Shown here: in pieces, positions 55,725-64,000 of the stretch
Position numbering within the stretch: the first letter of the stretch is position 1
Layout of the letters: each line of letters opens with the position of its first letter
Source of the DNA: Octopus sinensis
Lineage: Eukaryota
DNA: 64,000 bases
Direction of reading: 5' to 3'
Assembly: GCF_006345805.1 (NCBI RefSeq)
Contig: NC_043015.1
Location: 13,330,001-13,394,000 of the forward strand
Translations under genes and position numbers: made by a program
Notes under the pieces: generated by a model
Told to the model about the DNA's origin: nothing
Seen by the model: the letters and a program-made list of their open reading frames with translations, nothing else
Database searches by the model: none

Positions 55725-55899
55725 ATGGATATGCTTTACGGAATTAGTAATGCAGTCGCTTCGCTGCTTCCCAAACAGAGTGTTGTTGCTGAACAGGTGA
55801 AAGAAGTAATGTTATCAAATGCTCCTGGAACTAATTTTGTTCGGTTGGCCGGCATCTCTGGTGCTTTAGCTGTCGGGATGGCGGCTATCGGGGCACATG
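55725..55899 (+). CDS. TMEM256: TMEM256/DUF423 homologue, coding exon 1
   Basis: MDMLY...FVRLAGISGALAVGMAAIGAH matches the family motif RLGALSGAAALGFASYGAH. Donor G|GTAAGT in phase 1. Confidence 0.85.
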
Positions 55900-56793
55900 G
55901 TAAGTAGTTATCCTCGTAGTAAACATTTATTTAGTATTTCTAGTGGATATAAATGTTTGTCATCTATAATCTTCGACGCTGTTGAATGACTACTAATATT
56001 ACAAGCTGTTGAAACGACGTTAATTTTCACCATTCAGCGGTCGGATCGGAATGTGTCTCACCTTGTATTATTCCATCAGTATGGTGTTATATCTCACACA
56101 GTTGTAATTTTGGTAGTATTTTTTTTTTCTTTTTTAGCTTATATATTTTTAGAGTCATAAGCCTTTCACTTTTTCTATTTAAAGGGTTTTTAACTCGATA
56201 TTTACATTCTATATTATTTATAGCTTTGTGTTTCGAGATCCACTGTGCCCCCCCTCCCCTCGTCATAAAAAGAGAACTACATAAAATCTGTTTTCCTTGC
56301 TGGCATGATTTCGACAGCCCATTTCTCTGATCATCTCAAACTTGATCTACTTTAACTCAAGTACACAATGTATTATATTCACTGTTGATATCACCCATGC
56401 CATACATAGTTAAATTATATCCCGCATTTATCCTCCATCTGCATCATAAATCCGTTACAGTGCTGTTGTTATCTCTGCGTATGTCAGCTATTTTGATAAT
56501 CCGAGTCACACAGCTGGCATACTTTTGATTTGCTTTTTAATATTTTTGAAGTAACATCTTTCTTTTAATGGTTTCAGTAATTGAACTGGCCCAGGTGGGG
56601 CTTCACCTTTGAGGAGTTTAATCAATTATATCCATCTGGTACTTGTTTTAGCTTCCTTGACAGAGTTGGCCAAGCGCAAAAGTACATAACTGAGATGAAA
56701 CCACAAGGTATTTTTGGTTCAAAACACCAATTTTGCCATCTCTCACCAACACACACTCACACATGTATATACGTGTGTGTGTGTATGTATAAA

Positions 56794-57978
56794 TCATCAT
56801 CATCATCGTTTAACGTCAGCTTTCCAAGCTAGCATGGGTTGGACAATTTCACTGAGGACTGGCGAACTAGATGGCTGCATCAGGCTCCAGTCTGATCTGG
56901 CAGAGTTTCTACAGCTGGATGCCCTTTCTAACGCCAACCACTCTGAGAGTAGTGGGTGCTTTTACGTTCCACTGGCACGAGGGCCAGTCAGGTGGTACTG
57001 CAACGGCCATGCTCAAATGGTATTTTTTTACATGCCACCTGCACAGGAGCCAGTCCAGCGGCACTGGCAACAACCTTGCTCAAATATCTTTTCACGTGCC
57101 ACTGGCACAAGTGCCAGTAAGGCTCCGCTGCTAATGATCACGCTTGAATGATGCTTTTCACGTGCTACTGGCACGGAAGCCAGTTTACTGCTTTGGCAGT
57201 GATCAAGCTCGGATGGTGCTCTTAGCGCTCCACTAGAACAGATGCCAGTCATCGAATTTGAATTCGATTTCACTTGCCTCAACAGGTCTTCGCTAGCAGA
57301 GTTTAGTGTCCCATGAAGGAAAGGTAGGCATAAAGTGGGCTGGTTACACCCCTAGCATAGGCCACAAGGTTATGGTATCACTTGGCTTGCCGGGTCTTCT
57401 CAAGCACAGCATATTTCCAAAGGTCCCAGTCACTAGTCATTGCCTCAGTGAGGCCTAATGTTTGAAGGTCATGCTTCACCACCTCATCCCAAGTCTTCCT
57501 GGATCTACCTCTTCCACAGGTTCCCTCAACAGCTATGGTGTGGCACTTTTTCACACAACTATCCTCATCCATTCTCACCACATGACCATACCAGTGCAGT
57601 CGTCTCTCTTGCACACCACATCTGATGCTTCTTAGGTCCAACTTTTCTCTCAGGTACTTACACTGTTGTGTATGCACACTGACATTACACATCCATCAGA
57701 GCATACTGGCTTCATTCCTTGTGAGCTATGCATGTCCTCAGCAGTTACAGCCCATGTTTCACTGCCATGTAGCATGGCTGTTCGTACACTTGCATCATAC
57801 AGTCTACCTTTTACTCTGAGTGAGAGGCCCTTTGTCACCAGCAGAGGTAAGAGCTCTCTGAACTTTGCCCAGGCTATTCTTATTCTAGCAGCTACACTGC
57901 CAGTGCACCCTTCCCCGCTACTGACTTGGTCACCTAGGTAATGGAAGCTATCAACTACTTCTAGTTTTTCTCCCTGGA
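56794..57978 (-). mobile_element. RTE-clade LINE, 5'-truncated (RT C-terminus, 3' UTR, (GAT)n tail)
   Basis: VVDSFHYLGD..RIRIAWAKFRELLPLL..KGRLYDASVRTAMLHGSETW and RRLHWYGHVVRMDEDS..GRGRSRKTW. Confidence 0.9.
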
Positions 57979-58056
57979 ATATGTATGTATGCATATATGT
58001 ATACACACATATATATATATATACATACATGTACGTTTGTATTTATATCTATATAC

Positions 58057-58253
58057 CAGTGCTTTTCAAACTTTTTGCTGAAGCGGAACCCCAAGGAAAC
58101 ATTCCACTGGCTCGAGGAATCCCTGTGCAATAATTTGTCTTATGCACACATATCTGCACAGGAGAATTAAAAATTACTGTCGATTTTAGCGTTTTTGTAA
58201 CTTCTTGCGGAACCCCTGGACTGTACTGGCGGAACCCTGGTTGAAAACCACTG
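58057..58253 (-). mobile_element. hAT MITE, second copy, with 8-bp TSD
   Basis: Reverse complement of 44702-44902; TSD CTATATAC. Confidence 0.9.
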
Positions 58254-58262
58254 CTATATACA

Positions 58263-59133
58263 CATGGTCTGATCAATGAGTATCTGGACTGTTGCCATAG
58301 TAATGAAGCTAAGGTATGCACAGTGAAGCTGTTTGGCACAGATTAACCTTGAACTCTGCTGTATATGTGCACTAAGTTTTAATGCTCTAGCTGACTTCTG
58401 CTGTTTACAACAGTGCTTGGAAGGAAGGTGTGTAGCATATGATCGTCGCATTGATCATGACAGAGAAAGTTGAGCAGAGAATCTGCATCACAATTTGCCA
58501 AAAGCTTGGCGATACCTGCTCAGGGGCTTACACAAAGTTTTCATTGTTCTATACATAATCAAGGAGATCTTGTGCAACTAAAACCCGAGTGTCTTTTAGG
58601 TCAGCTGAAAGCAGTTTTGGCACAAACTTGGCAACACACGTCTCATACCCAAATCTGCAGTGATAATGGACTGGACTGAACCGTAACTAATCTGTACATC
58701 CTCTGATAACTCATGGATGGTGATTTGATGATTTCCTCTCACAGCTGCAGACACATCTGCTATGTTTTTCTCAGTTCTGCTGGTTACATATCTCCCAGAA
58801 CATTCGTCCAATATTGATATTTTCTTGGCCATCTTGGAAACGTCTGAACCACTTGTACACTTGTGTGTAGCTCATACCCTTTCTGCAACTTTGCATCAGC
58901 ATCTGAGCAGGTATTGCCAGGACAACTTTCTCTGTCATGGTCAATACAATGATCACACACTACACACCTTCCTTCCAATCACTGCTGTAAACCGGCAGAA
59001 GTCAGCTAGAACGTTAAAACTTAATGCACAAGCGCAACAGTGTTCAAGGTCGATCTTTGCGTAGTAGCTTCACTCTGCATGCTTTAGCTTTGTCACTATG
59101 GCAACAGTCTGGATACTTACTGATCAGATCTCA
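58263..59133. mobile_element. Mariner double-5'-end derivative, copy 2
   Basis: Same arms, junction and right-arm deletion as 30376-31256. Confidence 0.85.
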
Positions 59134-59279
59134 TATATATATATATACATATATATATCACAGAGGCAATGATGAAAGACCGAGACCTTTGAGATATGCT
59201 CTGACTGCGAAGACCTGACAAATGAACTTAGTTCATGGCTCACAGGACAGCCTGCTGTGCTAACCTTGGATCATTGTAG

Positions 59280-59438
59280 TTGTGATACCTGTACCGGTGG
59301 CACATAAAAAGCACCCACTACACTCACAGAGTGGTTGGTGTTAGGAAGAGCATCCAGCTGTAGAAACACTGCCAGATCAGACTGGAGCCTGGTGCAGCAT
59401 GGAAAATGGACGTTAAATAATGATAATGATGATGATGA

Positions 59439-59484
<46 letters not shown>

Positions 59485-59580
59485 ATATATATATATTGGT
59501 GCAAACAGGAAAATTAGAACTCAAGATATAAATATCTGTATATTTTTATTAATATTTAGCAATATGCATGTACATACATG

Positions 59581-59637
<57 letters not shown>

Positions 59638-60004
59638 GTCATTCTTTTTGTTTTATTTTGGAATAAATCTGAGTGAGTTGTTAGAGCATCAGGCTCACAG
59701 TCGTGGGGTAGTGAGTTTGATCCCTAGTCTGAGCTATGTGTTGTGTTCTTGAACAAGACACTTTATTTCATGTTGCTCCAGTTCGCTCAGCTGTAGAAAT
59801 GAGTTGCAATGTCACTGGTGCCAAGCTGTATTGGTTTTTGCCTTTCCCTTGGATAACAACAGTAGTGTGGAGAGGGGAGGTTGGTATGCATGGACGACTG
59901 CTGGTCTTCCATACAACCTTGCCTGGGCTTGTGCCTTGAAGGGAACTTTCTTGGTGTAATCCCATGGTCATTCATGATTGAAAGGGGTCTTTACCCTCCT
60001 ACAT

Positions 60005-60037
<33 letters not shown>

Positions 60038-61215
60038 ATTTATGTATGCGTGTTGGTCAGGGATGCCTGAATTGGTGTTTTGGACAAAAAATAACTTGCG
60101 GTTTTTTTCCTTTTTTAGTTTTGTTGCTTGACCTGTGGTTGGCATTAGGAAGAGCATCCAGCCATAGAAACCATGCCAAATCAAATTGGAACCCGGTGCA
60201 GCTTACCAGTTTTCAGTCAAACTGCTCAATCCATGCTACCATGGAAAATGGACATTAAATGATGATGATGGTGATGATATGTATACACATACACATTCCA
60301 TACATATGTAGGTATTGTAGAGAGAGAGAAAAAATTATAGAGGTATCAAACTGTTGGTCCGTGCTATGAAGGTCATTGAAAGGATCATTACATAATTGAT
60401 CCGGAATTGATCTAGGTTTGAGAATAAACAGCTTGTCTTTGTGTCTGAGAGAGTATCACAGATGCAATCTTATATGTAAGACAGCTCACTTTGCAAAGTG
60501 TAAACCACTATACCTGGAATTTGTTGAGTTGGGGAAGGCCTGCAAAATGTTGGAAAGAAATGAAGCCAGCATCCTCTGATGGATGTGTGATGTTAGTATG
60601 CATGAATGCCAGAGTACACATGAGCTGAGAGAAAAACTGGGTGAGTGGGATCAGATGTGGTGAGCAGGAGAAAAAGTTATACTGATATAGACTGAAAGAT
60701 GTGAAAAGTGCTCAAAGTAAATGGAACCTGTCGAAAAGGGAAGCGAAGGAAGACTTGGGACAAAGGAGTGAAAACTGATCTGAAGATGCTGCATCTCACT
60801 GAGGAGGGGACAAGGGATCATGTGTTAATGATACATGGTGCTGCAGAAGGACCAACAATCCATGGTAAAACTTGCCCCAACATGAGGGCCATGTTTAAAG
60901 GCTGGGTTACTTTTGTTCCTGCCAAGATTACAATCTGCTTCCCGTGTCACCTTGCATCCTAACCTTTCTCTCCGCATATTTTCAGTGGTCAAAGCTCATG
61001 TTTCACTGCTGTGTAGCTTGGCTATTCGCACACAGACTACATACAGTTTGCCTGTTACTCTGAGGGAAAGGCCCTCTGTTATCAACAGAGGTAAGAGCTC
61101 GCTGAGCTTTGCCCAGCCTATTCTTATTATAGCAGCTACACTTTTGGAGCATCCAGCTCCATTGTTGACTTGGTCATCTTGATATCAGACGCTATCAACT
61201 ACTTTTAGGTATTCC
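59280..61215. mobile_element. RTE fragments (3' ends 59280-59440 + and 60125-60280 +; RT pieces 60340-60830 + and 60960-61215 -) and a family C-like SINE (59690-59990 +)
   Basis: YRGIKLL..MKVIERII, GKRRKTWD and reverse-complement similarity to 57650-57960. Confidence 0.7.
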
Positions 61216-61247
61216 CCTATATCTGTCTGTCTATGTATCTATATTTA

Positions 61248-61286
<39 letters not shown>

Positions 61287-62012
61287 TTATATATAGGGCA
61301 AAAAGAAAATGGAGGGGATACAAAAATGACATACATCAGCTGGTAGACATTCTATTATGTCTATTTATTCCAAAGCAAAAGGGAGTATTATGAGAATATA
61401 TACACATGCAAAGACTGTGTGCTACACAAATATATACTAGTAATGCATAAAAGAGTAAAAGATTAAAAGCACCTAATTAGCATTGGATGGGTTGACACAC
61501 CTGAATTCATCTGTCATTTTGTTTGCTTATACATTTTATTTTTCACCTCACTGGCTGTCCAGAAATCACTCTCCTATCAAACAAGCTTGTGGAGTGTTGC
61601 CAATTTCATTGCCAGTAGCCTAACTATACACAGGTTTAACTGGATACTTAATCCTTTAGCATTTAAACCTGTCATGACTGGCCCAAAAGTTCTGCTTGTT
61701 TTATGTTTGAACCAGCCAGATCTGATTTCTCACACCTACCCTACAATGTCATTCTAAGTATAAGAAATTCAGTCATCGAAATCTTGAAGCTATAAGATAA
61801 TGCATGATTACTTTCAAACAAGCTGGATAAACAAACATTATATTTTGATAGAGTATTCTGAATGGTAAAGGGCTAACCTAGTTTTTGTAGATGCTATATC
61901 AAAGAAGCTTAACTGAGATCTTGCTCACAATAACAAAAGATGTATTGGGTACTAATGTTTGATATGATATTCAGATATTATCACTAAATATGATATTGAT
62001 TTATTTTTCCAG

Positions 62013-62050
62013 TTATACATGCAAAGAGTAAAAATACAGAATTAAAACAA
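62013..62050 (+). CDS. TMEM256: TMEM256 homologue, coding exon 2
   Basis: Acceptor ttatttttccag, donor GTGAGT, 38 nt (phase 1 to phase 0). Splices to GAH-VIHAKSKNTELKQ, a short exon at the position expected for this family. Confidence 0.7.
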
Positions 62051-62462
62051 GTGAGTGATATTTTTGATTCATTTTTTAATTCCATATGTTGTAACTATAC
62101 ATAGAAATATTCTGTAAAAAAAAAAGGGAAGTCTACAGAACTATGAAGATATAAATGAAATTTGTTTATACTGAGTGAGAGTTTAATTAGAGTATACACT
62201 CAGTCAACGTGTATGGTTATAAATAAAGCAGCAGTGTTTTATGGTCTTTTTATGATGATGGATGAGATGGATTTATTACACTGTATTTTTTCTGTACAAG
62301 TTAGTCTGATGTCATCTCTGTGAAGCTAGTATTTTAAGATACGACTTTACTACTTTTCCAAAGTCTATCTTCCTTTTACCACCTGTTCTGCAGATTTTTA
62401 CTCCTTTCTCTTACCTTATCATCCTGTGCTCTTATGGATATGAAGCTACACCTTATTTCTTT

Positions 62463-62700
62463 ACTGCCCACAGGGGCCTACACACAGAGGGGACAAACAA
62501 GGACAGACAACAAGGACAGACAAACGGATTAAGTCGATTATATCGACCCCAGTGCATAACTGGTACTTATTTAATCAACCCCAAAAGGATGAAAGGCAAA
62601 GTCGACCTCGGTGGAATTTGAACTCAGAACGTAGCGGCAGACGAAATACTGCTATGCATTTCGTCCAGTGTGCTAACGTTTCTGCCAGCTCGCTGCCTTT
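62463..62700 (-). mobile_element. SINE family A
   Basis: Family A consensus on the reverse strand. Confidence 0.85.
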
Positions 62701-63714
62701 GAAGCTACACTTTCTATAATACTACATCTTCACTACTATTAATAAACACAATTCAAAGCCATTACATACATTACAGATGTATGGTTTTACACTAATCAAC
62801 AGAAGTCATTTGACCTGTTAAAACTAGCCATTAAATTTCTCTCAAATCATGATATAAGGGATACATTGGATTATGTAGCCCTAGATAAATAAAAGAGATG
62901 GTATAATCATATTGACACACCTTTGTTTGTAGGCCTGCTCTATTAGAATGATCCTATGGCTAAACTATTATCACCTTTAATTGCAATCATGCATCTATCA
63001 CATATTGAAGACTCTTACAAAAGTTAGATTTCCTTTTTAGAGCCTGAAAATTCAGTTCTGAACAGTTGTTCACTGTAACCCTAGGTAGTCATTACCCATT
63101 GTATCAAAGTACTGTTCTCATATCTTCCTAATACCAACTACTTCACAGAGTATACTAGGTTCTTTTTTCATGGCACAAGCACTAGTGAGGTCACCATCTG
63201 CAATTATGCTTTCTGAATTGCATTTTCAAAACGAGTAAGCATTTGATAGACAAGCCTTCCCTGACTATGCATTTTCACTGACACTAAGTGTATTTTACCA
63301 TCTATTATTGCTGCTGCAATGGTTTAAGATTGCTGACTATGCACATCATCCAACTAAAGCAATCACAATCCCAATCTTTCTCAGTTCACTCTCAACCGTC
63401 TTTAAGAAAGGAAGGAAGAAACTATTGGATCATGAAATCCTAGATAAACAAAAAGACAAGGCATCAAGGCCCGAATATGGTTATTGATGTGCACTTTCAA
63501 GACTAACCTGGGATGAAACAACAACAGCTACAACTTTATATCATTATACCAACCTATCTTTTTCCTGTCTCATTGACTCTTTAACTTACACCTAAGAATC
63601 ACAAAATACTCCTTCTCAACCAATAGTAACATACTGGACTTTAAACTGGGCATTAATTAATCATCTTCACTTAATTTATCCTTATTCTACTCTGTATCAT
63701 ATTTGTTATTTAAC

Positions 63715-63905
63715 ATCCCTTTTTCCAGGCTGGCATGGATTGGACATTGTGACATGAACTTGCAAGCCAGAGGACTTGGCTGAGCACCAATGTCTGCTTT
63801 GACATGTTTCTACAGCTGGATACTCTTCCTAATGCCAACCACCCCACAGAATGTACTGGGTTCCTTTTCCATGGTACTAGCACTGGTGAAGGTACCAAGT
63901 CCTTG
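63715..63905 (-). mobile_element. RTE LINE 3'-end fragment
   Basis: catggattggac...tttctacagctggatactcttcctaatgccaacc, as at 56830-56940. Confidence 0.7.
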
Positions 63906-64000
63906 TAGGACAAGCTCCCTGAACTGAGCGGGGTGTAGTATTGAGGAATATGAAAATATGATAGAGGGACAGGAGCAAGTGTTGAAGAGGTAAATACATG

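Noticed and set aside
55629-55907. ORF-track start at 55629 and ending GAHGK-stop
   Set aside because: It uses a non-ATG start and reads through the GT donor. The spliced model from ATG 55725 fits the family better.

Overview
Repeat-saturated, AT-rich eukaryotic genomic DNA. The SINE families, microsatellite density and LINE/Penelope content suggest an octopus-like cephalopod (inference; no database search was run). Most long ORFs in the track are translations of microsatellites. The only well-supported host gene is a TMEM256/DUF423 homologue on the + strand (exon 1 55725-55899, exon 2 62013-62050; the rest lies beyond the window). A possible divergent minus-strand exon lies about 430 bp upstream of it. 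The remainder is transposon-derived: many tRNA-derived SINEs, RTE, Tx1/L1-like, HERO-like and R4/Dong-like non-LTR retrotransposons, Penelope-like elements (PLEs), mariner, hAT, MULE and Helitron remnants, and MITEs. The most notable feature is at 34869-35942: a non-coding ~487-bp unit repeated in tandem. Each copy carries a complete canonical type I hammerhead ribozyme with an unusual long G-U-rich stem II extension, and the tandem is followed by a ~325-bp fold-back copy, all inside (TA)n. This architecture resembles a retrozyme (a putative source of circular RNA). Three other unrelated palindromes in the window also pivot on hammerhead-like motifs, and a minimal PLE-type hammerhead motif lies downstream of a GC-rich PLE coding region. 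No CRISPR array, rRNA or genuine tRNA gene was found.
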